64,000 bases of DNA, taken from assembly GCA_000092065.1 (NCBI GenBank), contig CP000600.1; one strand, 5' to 3'. The notes under the pieces were generated by a model. That model was given only the letters and a program-made list of their open reading frames with translations, ran no database searches and was not told where the DNA came from. Position numbers and translations under genes: made by a program. This document shows, piece by piece, positions 17,908 through 28,491 of this stretch; position 1 is the first letter of the stretch; each line of letters begins with the position of its first letter. This DNA is from Ostreococcus lucimarinus (taxonomy: Eukaryota).

Positions 17908-18030
17908 ATGCGCGCGAGCGGCGCGTCGTCGTCGCTCGAGCGCGGCGTCGTCGTCGATGGACGACGCGCGCGACCGCGCGACGCGCGCGCGACGGCGACG
18001 GCGAGGACGCGGATCGCGACGACGCGAATC

Positions 18031-18065
<35 letters not shown>

Positions 18066-19548
18066 ACGGACGAGGACGAGGACGCGCGCGACGGCGACGC
18101 GCGTCGATGAGAAAGACGTCGATGAGGACGACGAGGAGGACGACGCGTACTACACGTGGCGCGTGGGGGGGGCGAACGATTTGAAGATCACGCACCTGCG
18201 GGACGTGCATCGCGGCGACGCGCCGCCGCGAGCGAGGCCGAGCCCGTTCTGCACGAAGAGCTCGTGCCCGCTGAACGTCGGACCGAGAACGTCGCTGACG
18301 TTTAATAGTAACTTTGTGAGCAATAGTGATCGGATATTGCTGAACTCGGTGGCGTACGGGAGCGCGGCGGATCCGACGCAGACGTGCTCGTTGTCGAGCG
18401 ACGTGTACGACCCGAGCGGGTGCGATTACGTGCCGGAGTGGGTCGTCCGGGCGGGACCGAGGGCGGAGGTTTATTTCGATCCAGAGGAAGTGCACGCGGC
18501 GGTGGTGACGTGCGGAGGATTGTGCCCGGGAATCAATGACGTCATTCGATCGCTCGTGAACACCCTGGAGGTTGGCTACGGGGTGAAGAAGATTAGCGGC
18601 GTGCGATACGGATTTAAAGGGTTCTTCTCCGGCGACGAATTCATGCCGTTGAACAGGAAGGTGGTGAGAAACATTCACAACATCGGTGGGTCTGCGCTTG
18701 GATCCGGCAGAGGCGGTGGAGACGTGGAGAAAATCGTGGAATCTATCGTAAATAACGGAATCAACATGGTTTTCGTCATCGGCGGCAACGGCACGCACGC
18801 CGGGGCAAACGCGATAAGTAATGAATGCGCCAAGCGAGGGGTCAAGGTCTCCGTAGTGGGCGTCCCGAAGACGATAGATAACGATATCCTTCTTCTGGAT
18901 AAGACTTTTGGGTTCGACACCGCGGTCGAAGAGGCACAGAAAGCGATTCAAGCCGCGGCCATTGAGGCGCAGAGCGCCTATCGCGGCGTCGGCGTGGTGA
19001 AGCTCATGGGACGTCAGAGCGGATTTATAGCCATGTTCGCGACGCTGGCGAACGGACAAGTCGATTGCTGTTTGATTCCCGAGATTAGCTGGGCGGCACA
19101 CGGCCCGAATGGCGTGGTCGAGTACGTTCGAAACATGTTGGACGCTCAAGGTCACGCCGTCGTCGTCCTCGCCGAGGGCGCCGGCCAAGAGTTCGTCTCC
19201 GCCGGCGGCACCGACGCCGGCGGTAACCCCAAGCTCGGTGACATCGGTCAATGGTTTTGCAAGCAACTCAAAGCCGAGATCAAGTGCGACGTCAAGTACA
19301 TCGATCCCACGTACATGGTTCGCGGTTGCGTCGCCAACGCCCACGATTCCATCATGTGCACCGTCCTCGGCCAAAACGCCGTCCACGGCGCCTTCGCCGG
19401 TTTCACCGGCATCTCCGTCGGCTCCGTCAGCGCGCACACCGCGTTTTTACCGATCCCTCGCATGATCGAGCGCGAGCGTTTGGTCGATCCCGACGGTCGC
19501 ATGTGGCACCGCACCCTGGCCAGCACCGGGCAGCCAGACTTCTTCTGA
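17908..19548 (+). CDS. PFK: ATP-dependent 6-phosphofructokinase, plant/algal PFK type.
   Basis: GPRAEVYFDPEEVHAAVVTCGGLCPGINDVIR, IGGNGTHAGANAIS, PKTIDNDI and MGRQSGFIAM motifs. Long N-terminal extension with Thr/Arg repeats. Confidence 0.85.
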
Positions 19549-19657
19549 CTTTGTCTGTTTGTAACGCCACGCACCCGCGACGCGGATTCAAACCCTGTGT
19601 TTTTTGTCCCGCGTCGACGCGACGCGACGCGCGACAGCGACGCGCGCGCGATCGAAC

Positions 19658-21578
19658 ATGGCCGACGCCGCCGATGAACCGACGCTGAAGGAGTTCCCGG
19701 AGTTCCCGGGCGAGCCGATGAGCAAGAGGTGCGGCGCGACGCGCGCGAAAGACGCGACGACGACGGCGGATGGCGCGATGGCTGGCGCGATGGATGGATG
19801 GCGCGACGGCGCGACGGTGACGCGCGACGCGAACGAGGACGACGACGACGGACGCGAGACTGACGACGCACTCGCGCGCGCGATGACGACGACGGCGCAG
19901 TGAGTATAAGAAACGGCTGAAACAGAGACAAAACGAAGAGAAGAAGGCGGCCAAGGACGCGGCCAAGGCGGAGGCGGAGGCGGCAAAGCCGAAGAAGGAG
20001 AAGAGCGAAGAGGACGACGAAGCGGATTTGGACCCGACGCAGTACACGCAAAATCGAATTAATAAGGTGCTTAGCGCGAAAGCGAAGGGAGAGTCGCCGT
20101 ATCCGCACAAGTATCACGTCGATACGCGCGTGGGGGAGTTTATCGAAAAGTATTCCGGGTTGGCGGATGGGACGACGGCCGAGGGCGAGAGCGCGTCCGT
20201 GGCGGGACGCATCATGTCTAAACGGGCGAGCGGGAAGAAATTGTACTTTTACGATCTTATTGCGGATGGTAAGAAGATTCAAGTGACCGCGGATGAGGGT
20301 GCGGCATCGGGATATGATTTCCAAAAGATTCACAGCGCGACGAGACGCGGGGACATTGTCGGCGTCAAGGGTACGCCCGGGAAGACGAAACGTGGGGAGC
20401 TCTCGCTGTTCCCGTCTAATTTTGAGATCTTGACCCCGTGCTTGAAGATGCTTCCCGGTTTTTCGGGGTTGAAGGATGTCGAAACGCGCTTCCGCATGCG
20501 CTTTTTGGATTTGATGATGAACAACGAAGTTCGCGACACGTTTTACATCCGATCCAACATCATTCGATACATCCGCAAGTACTTGGATGATCGCGATTTC
20601 CTTGAGGTTGAGACGCCGATGATGAATATGATCGCCGGTGGTGCCACCGCGCGACCGTTCATCACCCACCACAACGACTTGAACATGACGCTCTACATGC
20701 GCATCGCGCCCGAGCTTTACCTCAAACAGCTCGTCGTCGGAGGTATCGAGCGCGTGTACGAAATCGGTCGTCAGTTCCGTAACGAAGGGATCGATATGAC
20801 GCATAACCCTGAGTTTACCACTTGTGAGTTCTATCAAGCGTACGCCGATTACGATGACTTGATGCAAATGACTGAAGAGATGATCTCCGGCATGGTGTAC
20901 GCCATCAAGGGCTCGTACAAGATTCAATACCACGCCAAGGGCCCGGATGAGGATCCGATTGAGATTGATTTCACGCCGCCGTTCCGCCGCATCTCCATGG
21001 TTAGCGGTCTCGAAGAAGCGCTCAACATCAAGTTCCCATCCACTGACTTCTCTACGCAAGAAAACGAAGATTTCTTGAAGGAATTAATCAAGAAGTTGGG
21101 CGTCGAAATGTCTCCACCGTACACCACGGCGCGTATGCTCGATGAGCTCGTCGGCGAATACTTGGAGTCTCAACTCGTCAACCCGGGTTTCATTTGCGAC
21201 CATCCGCAAATTATGTCCCCTTTGGCCAAGTATCATCGCAATATTCCCGGTATGACCGAGCGTTTCGAGCTCTTCGTGAACACGAAGGAGCTTTGCAACG
21301 CGTACACCGAGTTGAACGATCCTATCGATCAACGCGAGCGCTTTGACGAGCAAGCCAAGGCGAAATCTAGCGGCGATGACGAAGCGATGCTTATCGATGA
21401 AGTGTTCGTGCAATCTTTGGAGTACGGTTTGCCGCCCACCGGGGGCTGGGGCTTGGGCGTCGATCGCCTCACGATGCTTCTCGCGGACAAGAACAACATC
21501 AAGGAGGTCTTGCTCTTCCCGGCGATGAAACCGGAAGAAAACATCCCGGCCGACGGGATGAAGAATCTGTCCGTGTAA
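19658..21578 (+). CDS. KARS: Lysyl-tRNA synthetase, class II eukaryotic type. Two exons, 19658..19728 and 19901..21578, with a 172-nt phase-2 intron at 19729..19900.
   Basis: Spliced N-terminus [24 protein letters not shown]|[15 protein letters not shown]... reproduces the Lys-rich eukaryotic LysRS appendage (cf. EPKLSKNELKRRLKAEKK). The body has PYPHKY, the class II motifs, [18 protein letters not shown], and [14 protein letters not shown]. Donor AG|GTGCGG, acceptor GCGCAG|T. Confidence 0.9.
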
Positions 21579-21708
21579 CCCCTACGCGATGGACGCGCAC
21601 GATTAAGAGATATCTACAGACGACGAATGAAATAATTAATTCCTAGAAAAGTGAGTCTCAAATCACAACAAATTATAAAAGCCACGGCGCGCGTTCGCTC
21701 GGCGCCGT

Positions 21709-21984
21709 TTACTCCTTCTTCACCGGCGAATCCATGGTTTCGACCGCCGAGAGGTCACCGAGGTCGCCGAAGCGATTGGCGAAGCGGCTCACTTGACCCG
21801 CATCCGTCATGATCGCCGACGATCGTCCTTGAAAGAACGGGTGGTTGCCGCTCCAAATATCCACGACGTACTCCGCTTGCGTGCCTCCCACCGTCATGAC
21901 TTCCTCCCCGTTGCAGAAAACCTTCGCTTCCTCGAACCACTCCGGCTGTTCCTTCGCGCCTTCCTTCTTCGCGTGCATCTTCAC
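21709..21984 (-). CDS. rpl31: Organellar ribosomal protein bL31. Terminal exon or whole domain; an upstream targeting exon is probably missing from this model.
   Basis: EWFEEAKVFCNGEEVMTVGG...VVDIWSGNHPFFQG...VSRFANRFG matches the bL31 fold, including the HPFYTG-type motif. Only about 10 residues precede the mature domain, and a good acceptor (TTTCGTTTCGATGATGCGCAG|) sits at 22000-22002. An upstream exon carrying the presequence is therefore likely but was not located. Confidence 0.65.
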   Translation of the reverse strand: MKMHAKKEGAKEQPEWFEEAKVFCNGEEVMTVGGTQAEYVVDIWSGNHPFFQGRSSAIMTDAGQVSRFANRFGDLGDLSAVETMDSPVKKE

Positions 21985-22511
21985 CGACGCCCGTCGGGCC
22001 TGCGCATCATCGAAACGAAACGCTCAAAGTCAGTCTCCCTCGCGGCGCGAATAGGTTTTATTTTATCTACGCCAGCCATCCACCGCGCGCGTCCCGCGGT
22101 CGTCTCCCGCGCCCCGCGCCCGATCTCGCGTTCGTTTCCGCGCGCGCGCGAGATTTAAAATTATCCCGCGCCCCGTCCTCGCGCCGCCGTCCTCGCCCGA
22201 TCCCGCGCGCGCGCGTCCCTCGTCCGTCGTCGTCGCGCGCGCGTCGCTAGGGTCGTCCCCGTCGTGACGTCGCGCCGCGTTCGCGGTCGCTCGCGTCGTC
22301 GTCGCGCACCTCTCGTCGCTGCGCGCGCGCGCCGGCGGTGGCGGTAAATCTCGTCGTCGTCGTCGTCGTCGTCGCGTGCATCGCGTCGATCGCGTCGCGC
22401 GTCGCGGTGTCCCAATCGCGTCGCCGCGCGCGACGCCCGGCGTCGCCGAGCGAGACCTTCCCGTGAACGCGCCACACGGATCTTTTGAGACCACGAGACG
22501 GCGACGTCCCG

Positions 22512-22549
<38 letters not shown>

Positions 22550-22586
22550 CGCGCAGACGACGACGCGCGCGCGGACGACGGGCGCG

Positions 22587-23519
22587 ATGTCCGCGCACGC
22601 GGTGACGGCGACGACCGCGAGCGATGGGACGTGCGCGACGACGGACGAGCCGAGCGAGTGCGCGTCGAGGAAGCGCGGACGCGGTGGCGCGACGGCGACG
22701 ACGACGAGCGAACGCGACTGCGGGACGAGGGACGGACCGGAGTCGAGCGCGGGACAGGGGACGACGCTGTATAAGCGACGACAGCGACAGGCGCGGAGAA
22801 GCGTGAATGGACGAGAGTTCGCGCGGCGATTGATTGATTTTCGAGGATTTGACTTGAGCGAGACGCAGGCGAACGACATCGCGCGGTTTATTGAATTGTT
22901 GCCGGAGGAGATGGAAGAACGCGTGCGTGAGACGCTGGAGAATTGTAGTGATATTGATGATGCGATCGGGAAGCTGGCGAGCGTGAAGATGGTGGAGCAG
23001 ACGGCGCAGTGCTCGGTGGGCGATTTCGTGAGCGAGGCGGCGATCTCCGAGGCGGCGAATAGCGCGGGAGGCGAGGGGAACGCGGGAGATGTTGGTGAAC
23101 GCGAAATGGGGACGGCCACGTCGAGCGCGCCCGTGTTGACGATGGAGTGGGTAAACGCGATCGTGAACGAGATGGGAGCCTCGGTGGACGTGTCGGATGC
23201 GCAGAATCGCGCTTCGCGAGTCTTGCAAACATTTGAGGGCGCCGTGAGACAGAGATGCGCGGAGTTTAACGATTATAGCAAAGTGATGAAGATGAAGCGA
23301 GAGAACGCTTTGTTGAAGCGTGCGGTGGCGATTCAGAACTCACGCATGCAAGACTTGGCGCCGCTTCAGGCCCGCGTGCGCGAACTCGAAGCCGCGTGCG
23401 CGCAGTACGACGACAGGCTCAAGACGGCGGAGAGACAAAATTACTCGCTCAGCGTCAACTTAAGGCTCGCTATGGCGGAACAGTCGCCGTTTGGTTCGAA
23501 AAACCACGATGTATTTTGA
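22587..23519 (+). CDS. Coiled-coil protein with an N-terminal CUE/UBA-like helical segment. Hypothetical.
   Basis: First ATG is at 22587; the ORF-track start at 22485 is non-ATG and lies in a (GGCGAC)n repeat. C-terminal heptad-rich region (...KMKRENALLKRAVAIQNSRMQDLAPLQARVRELEAACAQYDDRLKTAERQ...). Function is inferred only loosely. Confidence 0.45.
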   Translation: MSAHAVTATTASDGTCATTDEPSECASRKRGRGGATATTTSERDCGTRDGPESSAGQGTTLYKRRQRQARRSVNGREFARRLIDFRGFDLSETQANDIARFIELLPEEMEERVRETLENCSDIDDAIGKLASVKMVEQTAQCSVGDFVSEAAISEAANSAGGEGNAGDVGEREMGTATSSAPVLTMEWVNAIVNEMGASVDVSDAQNRASRVLQTFEGAVRQRCAEFNDYSKVMKMKRENALLKRAVAIQNSRMQDLAPLQARVRELEAACAQYDDRLKTAERQNYSLSVNLRLAMAEQSPFGSKNHDVF

Positions 23520-23606
23520 TAGAGAGTGCGGACGTTGACGCTGCAAAAGCGCGATAGCTTTCCAACTCTACGATGTAATAAATGTACACAAAAATCGCTA
23601 CTATTG

Positions 23607-25334
23607 TTATACTTGCGACGTCGTCGCGTCGTCGTCGTCCTGGCGCCATCCCGGTGGACCTCTAAGGTATCGAAACGTGATATTGATTCGTTCTTTTCCG
23701 TTCGTCGGGACGCGATTCTTCGGCACCGCGTGATAATGAGTGTGCTGCAAGGAACCGTCCATCACCATCAGCGAGCCGTGCTCGAGAAAGATTGATGTCT
23801 TCTTCTTCGCTCGAGATTTCACCTGAACGTCAAACTTTCTCGTGTGACCGACGCTCACGGCCGCGATACACGCGTTTTTACCGAGTTCGGGTTCGTCATC
23901 GGCGTGAAACGCCATGGAATCGTCCCCATCGCGATAACGATTTAAAAGTATATGGTTGAACGTCGCGCCGCATTTCGCCTCAACCGCGGTCTGCAGGCGG
24001 CGCAACACCTCAGGCACGGGTACCGGATCGAGCGTCTGGCCACTATATTTGTACGGTAGATCGCCCGCCCACGACACGAGTCTCGGTTGGACGACTTCTT
24101 TCGTGACGCCTTTGTCGGGTTGCCAAACGACGATGGAGCGCTGCGCCCATGTCACGGGCGGCGACGACACGAGGCTAGACAACAGTTCGTTCGCCGCGTC
24201 TTCGTCGAGGAATTGACGACAAATGCCTAATCTCCCATCGGACTCCTCTGGGTCGACGACTTTGTACACTAACTCGGTCGGATTGTCGTCGAATCCTTCG
24301 AAACTGCTAACGATTTGCCGCTCGAGTTCCGCCTCGACGTTGCGTCGCTGTTCTTCCACGTTCACGCCGAAAAATTCGAGCAAAATCGCTTCCATCTCGT
24401 CGTAGTGCGCAACATCTTCCCGTAATCGTGAAACAGCGACGGCGTCGCCCGCGTCCGCGAGCCGCTCGAGTCGCGTCAAGTTTAGGCTCGACTGCCTGCG
24501 CACCTCGCGAACCCATTCCAGACGTTTTTTGACGTACAACTTGAGCAACGGCGACTCTTTCGGAGATTGTGCGCCCAAACACGGGCCTATGATTTCATCT
24601 CTCATCGTGAACGGTCGTTTCGTCGCAGCCGTCTCGTTCTCCGCGCACAGAATCAGATGCATCGTTCCGTTTTCCACGACGAGCCGCTCGTCGACGACGC
24701 GATAGTCGTTCGCGCGCAACCATCGACGCACTTGCGCGCCATCTTTCGCCGGCGGATTCAACACTACGCGCTTTAAACTTCCGCGTCGGTTTCCCGACCC
24801 CCCACACCCGCCCTCCTCGAGCACGCGCGCCATGGTATTCGCCCCCACGCCCGCGACGACCAAGACGTCGACGCGCTCGTCGTCCCGCAGCGCCGACAAC
24901 CCGTCGCCCAGTCTCAAATCCACCGTATCCACCGCCGCGCCATCACCGCCGACCATCTCCACTTCTTTTTTCGCCCTCGCCACGTTCTTTTTCGCGCGTT
25001 CAATCTCCGCCTCGCTTCGATCGATCGCGACGACTCGCGTCGCGTTCGCCTCGGACGCGCAGCCGAGCGCCAGCAGCGCGTGTCCGCAGCAGCAATCCAC
25101 CACGACGCCCTCCCCGTCGCCGTCTTCGATCGCGCTCATCGCTCGCAGCGCTTGCAACCGAGACGACCACGCCCACGACGCCGCGCGCGGGACGTCGTCG
25201 CGGTCGAGCGCGGGCGCGTCCGGGGCGTCGCGCGCTCTGAACCGCGCGCGCGCGTCCCCGCGGCGGCGACGTCCCGCCGCGCGACGAGGCGTCGACGTCG
25301 ACGTCGCGCTCGACGCGCGCGCGCTCGACCGCAT
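23607..25334 (-). CDS. Fusion protein: N-terminal TrmK-like tRNA (adenine-N1)-methyltransferase domain plus a C-terminal AlkB-family Fe(II)/2-oxoglutarate dioxygenase domain.
   Basis: N-terminal half is collinear with bacterial TrmK (LQALRAMSAIEDG..VVVDCCCGHALLALGC; VDLRLGDGLSALRDDERVDVLVVAGVGANTMARVLEEG; RVVLNPP). C-terminal half carries AlkB motifs: FNHILLNRYRDGDDSMAFHADDEPELG, the H-x-D iron ligands, HGSLMVMDGSLQHTHYHAVP, and RINITFR. Start taken at the ATG at 25334, in frame with the TrmK N-terminal LSKRLQ-equivalent. The long low-complexity extension of the ORF track beyond 25334 was rejected as antisense to MAD2. Confidence 0.75.
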   Translation of the reverse strand: MRSSARASSATSTSTPRRAAGRRRRGDARARFRARDAPDAPALDRDDVPRAASWAWSSRLQALRAMSAIEDGDGEGVVVDCCCGHALLALGCASEANATRVVAIDRSEAEIERAKKNVARAKKEVEMVGGDGAAVDTVDLRLGDGLSALRDDERVDVLVVAGVGANTMARVLEEGGCGGSGNRRGSLKRVVLNPPAKDGAQVRRWLRANDYRVVDERLVVENGTMHLILCAENETAATKRPFTMRDEIIGPCLGAQSPKESPLLKLYVKKRLEWVREVRRQSSLNLTRLERLADAGDAVAVSRLREDVAHYDEMEAILLEFFGVNVEEQRRNVEAELERQIVSSFEGFDDNPTELVYKVVDPEESDGRLGICRQFLDEDAANELLSSLVSSPPVTWAQRSIVVWQPDKGVTKEVVQPRLVSWAGDLPYKYSGQTLDPVPVPEVLRRLQTAVEAKCGATFNHILLNRYRDGDDSMAFHADDEPELGKNACIAAVSVGHTRKFDVQVKSRAKKKTSIFLEHGSLMVMDGSLQHTHYHAVPKNRVPTNGKERINITFRYLRGPPGWRQDDDDATTSQV

Positions 25335-25524
25335 GGTCGACGCCGCGACGCGCCGGCGCCCGCGAGCGCGCGACGTCGGCGTGTGCGCGGCGTCGCGAGG
25401 GCGACGGACGCTCGCGCTCGACCTCGACGTCCAGGCGCCGACGTCGAGCGCGGGATCGGTTTGAATCGAAACCGCAGTGAAACGCGCGCTCGAGCGCGCC
25501 GACGCCGCGACGCTCGAACGCGAC

Positions 25525-25893
25525 ATGGCGCAAGAGCAACGGCGCGGCGCGACGTCGAGCGCGATCACGCTCCGAGGGTCGACCGAGCTCGTGACGGAGT
25601 TTTTCGGGTACGCGGTGAACACCATCTTGTACCAGCGCGGGGTGTACCCGGCGGAGGAGTTTGAACGAAAGAAAAAGTACGGACTCGGGGTGATGGTGAC
25701 GAACGAACCGAAATTAAAGGAATACTTGGTCGCCGCGCTCGAACGCGTGAACGCGTGGTTGATGGAGAAGGATTTGAAAAAGTTGGTGCTGGTGCTCGCG
25801 GACGCGAAGACTGGGGAGACGCTGGAGCGCTGGACGTTCGACGTGGAGACGGATGCGGAGATCGTGGATGAGAACGGTGGTGATGCGAACGGA

Positions 25894-25943
<50 letters not shown>

Positions 25944-26208
25944 GGAGAAGCCGGAGAAGGAAATTATGCAAGAGATACAAGCCATCATTCGGCAAATCAC
26001 GGCTTCGGTGACGTTTTTGCCTCTGCTCGATCGCGAGTGCGCGTTCGAACTCTTGGCGTACACGGACGCGGCGAGCGCGACGCCGGAGGAGTGCGAAGAG
26101 AGCGATCCGAAGTATGTTCGAGACGGCGTCGAGATGCGGTTGCGTTCGTTTAGCACGAAGATCCATACCGTCGACGCGGGGGTGTCGTACAAGACGGAGG
26201 ACGACTGA
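25525..26208 (+). CDS. MAD2: Mitotic spindle assembly checkpoint protein MAD2 (HORMA domain), with a 16-residue poly-Thr insertion.
   Basis: ITLRGSTELVTEFFGYAVNTILYQRGVYPAEEFERKKKYGL...LERWTFDVE...IRQITASVTFLPLL...EVRLRSFSTKIHTVDAGVSYK is collinear with MAD2 over its whole length. An (ACG)16 array at 25894..25941 encodes the poly-Thr. Confidence 0.9.
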
Positions 26209-27144
26209 ACCGCGAGCGAGAGCGACATTTGTAATATCAACCAACGAAGCCGACGCAACGCGCAGCGCGTACGGTGAATGCGGTACGCGCTCGACGCCCA
26301 ATTCAACTCGCATCGTCCGACGAACGCTAAGTCTTTACGTACAAGCCGAAATTAAACGCGCCGACGTCGGCCGGCGCGCGCGACGCGACGCGCGACGTTG
26401 ACCGAGCTCACCCCGAATCGGCGTCCGATGTCGACGAAAAGTTAGGACAAGCTAGAACGTGTAACTCTCGTGTCGTCACAAAAGTTTCGGCGACGTTCGC
26501 GCCGTCGAGCGGTGCGAAGTCGCGCCGAACCATCGCGAGCAAACCATCACACACCATCTCAAATGATGCAAAATCCATCATTCGGGCGCTTAAATCGCGT
26601 CCGAATTCGACGAAAAGTTGGGAAAAGCTGGAGAACGAAAAGTTCTCGCCGTCGGCGCGAAAAGCATAAAGAAACCAAGCGATACCGGGGGTTCCTGACG
26701 TCTTCCGACATCGGTACTTATCCGGCCCACGCGGTCTTAACTGAGAAGTTCCGATGGGTTTCTGTGATTTTCCGCGGGTGTGGTCGCTTGATGACACCAT
26801 GTGCCGCACGACCCTTTAGCCGCGCACCACGCGGGGTCACGGCGCGAACGTTACGGGTACTTTTGACGCCGTGTCGGTACTTTAAGAGTCGAAAACCTAT
26901 ACATTCACAAAATGCACCCCTCAATTATCGCGTCATCGCATCGCCGCTCGCGATTAGGCGCTTAAAAACCTCGATGTACGTGAATTCATCGCCCTTTTTT
27001 CGTTTCGTTCCCTGACTTTACCCTGTTTACCCCGTCTGACTGTTTACCCATAGATACCATAGAATTCAAGCGGTCGCAAACAACAACACGGATCCCCACC
27101 CCCCCTCGACACGCGCGCATGCCCCCCTGTGCCGCGGTCGTTGA

Positions 27145-28350
27145 GTGGATAATCGCGATCGGTCGACGATCGACGCCGCGCGACGCCGCACATTCGCGCG
27201 CCGAATCCACACCGCACACGCTCTCACGCACACGATGCACGCCGCTCGAGCGCTCCCGACGCAGTTCGCGAACGCGAAGACTTTCGTCGCGAACGCGAAC
27301 GCGACGACACCGACACGTCACGGACGACGGGCGACGATGACGACGACGCGCGCGACGATGGTGCCGATCGAAGAGCTGAAGACGACGACGACGAAGGCGA
27401 TTCGAGGGATCGGGTACAACGAAAAGGACGCCAAGGTGATTTTGGACGTGCTCATGTACGCGCAGTTGCGAGGGAACAACCAAGGGATCATCAAGGTGAC
27501 GACGAACGGGCTCGCGATGGCGCCGGACGCGGAACCGATGGTGGTGACGCACGAAACGAAGCTTTCGGCGGCGATCGACGGTAAGAAAACGCAAGGTATG
27601 CTTGTTTTGGCCGAAGCGACGCGCGTGGCGCACGAAAAGGCGAAGGAACACGGGTTCGGGATCGTGGGGACGTGCAACACGAGCACGTCCACGGGGGCGC
27701 TCGGGTATTATTGCAAATCCGTCGCCGACCAAGGCATGATCTCCATCTGCTTCGCGCAATCCCCGGAATTCGTCGCCCCGGCCGGGAGCTCGAAGGCTAT
27801 TTTCGGCACCAACCCGATCGGCGTGGGCATTCCCTCGTCCGAAGGCGCCATGGTGCTCGACATGGCCACGAGCGCGTACAGCTGGTTCGGCGTGCTCGAG
27901 GCGAAGACCGCGGGACGCGAACTCCCGGATGGTGCGGCTCAAGACAAGAACGGCGTGTTGACCAAGGACCCGAATGAAGTTCTCGACGGTGGTGCCATCC
28001 GAACTTTCGATGGTGGTTACAAGAGCAGCAACTTGGCGCTCGTCATCGAGCTCCTCGCCGGTCCGCTCGTCGGCGCCGCCATCGAAGGCAAGCTCGCGGC
28101 GAAGAACTGGGGTAACTTGATCATGGTGATCGACCCGAAGATGCTCGGCCAAGCTGATTTCGAGAAGAACGCCGCGTTCGTGATGAACCGCGTGCGCAAC
28201 GCGCCCAAGCAACCGGGCGTCGATGCCATCAACCTTCCGGGCGAGCGCGGCGACGCCATCGCCAAGGCGAACGAAGCAAAGGGCGAAATTGACGTCGAGA
28301 CCAACCTCTGGAACAATTTGAAGAAGGCTGCCGAGGCGTTCTCGGGCTAA
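27145..28350 (+). CDS. Oxidoreductase of the malate/L-lactate dehydrogenase (Ldh_2) family, i.e. the sulfolactate / ureidoglycolate / Pip2C-reductase type.
   Basis: Similarity to the Ldh_2 (COG2055) fold across the domain (GIGYNEKDAKVILDVLMYAQLRGNNQG..., GFGIVGTCNTSTSTGALGYY, NPIGVGIP, GYKSSNLALVIELLAGPL). The N-terminal 70 aa is presequence-like and the start is uncertain; an alternative ATG at about 27343 reads MTTTRATMVP. Confidence 0.7.
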   Translation: MDNRDRSTIDAARRRTFARRIHTAHALTHTMHAARALPTQFANAKTFVANANATTPTRHGRRATMTTTRATMVPIEELKTTTTKAIRGIGYNEKDAKVILDVLMYAQLRGNNQGIIKVTTNGLAMAPDAEPMVVTHETKLSAAIDGKKTQGMLVLAEATRVAHEKAKEHGFGIVGTCNTSTSTGALGYYCKSVADQGMISICFAQSPEFVAPAGSSKAIFGTNPIGVGIPSSEGAMVLDMATSAYSWFGVLEAKTAGRELPDGAAQDKNGVLTKDPNEVLDGGAIRTFDGGYKSSNLALVIELLAGPLVGAAIEGKLAAKNWGNLIMVIDPKMLGQADFEKNAAFVMNRVRNAPKQPGVDAINLPGERGDAIAKANEAKGEIDVETNLWNNLKKAAEAFSG

Positions 28351-28491
28351 GCACGCGCGCATTGTTGGAATATTATCCTCTTCATCACGATTTCAAACGA
28401 TGATTTCATTTAATTAAACTGTTTCTAAATTCCTCAACTCATGAACGCTTGCAAGCATTTTTTGCGTACGACGCCGCGCCGCGCTATGGAT

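Noticed and set aside
17452-19437. 661-aa minus-strand ORF.
   Set aside because: Exactly antisense to the phosphofructokinase gene, with Arg/Gly/Ala/Asp low complexity and no motifs. Composition artefact.
19248-21059. 603-aa minus-strand ORF.
   Set aside because: Antisense to lysyl-tRNA synthetase, which is fully collinear with orthologues. Artefact.
22063-22494. 143-aa minus-strand ORF upstream of bL31, a candidate transit-peptide exon.
   Set aside because: It is Arg/Thr/Ala-rich as a presequence would be. However, I could not connect it to the bL31 exon with a convincing GT-AG intron in frame, and it overlaps the (TCG)n/(GGCGAC)n repeat leader of the divergent coiled-coil gene. Left uncalled.
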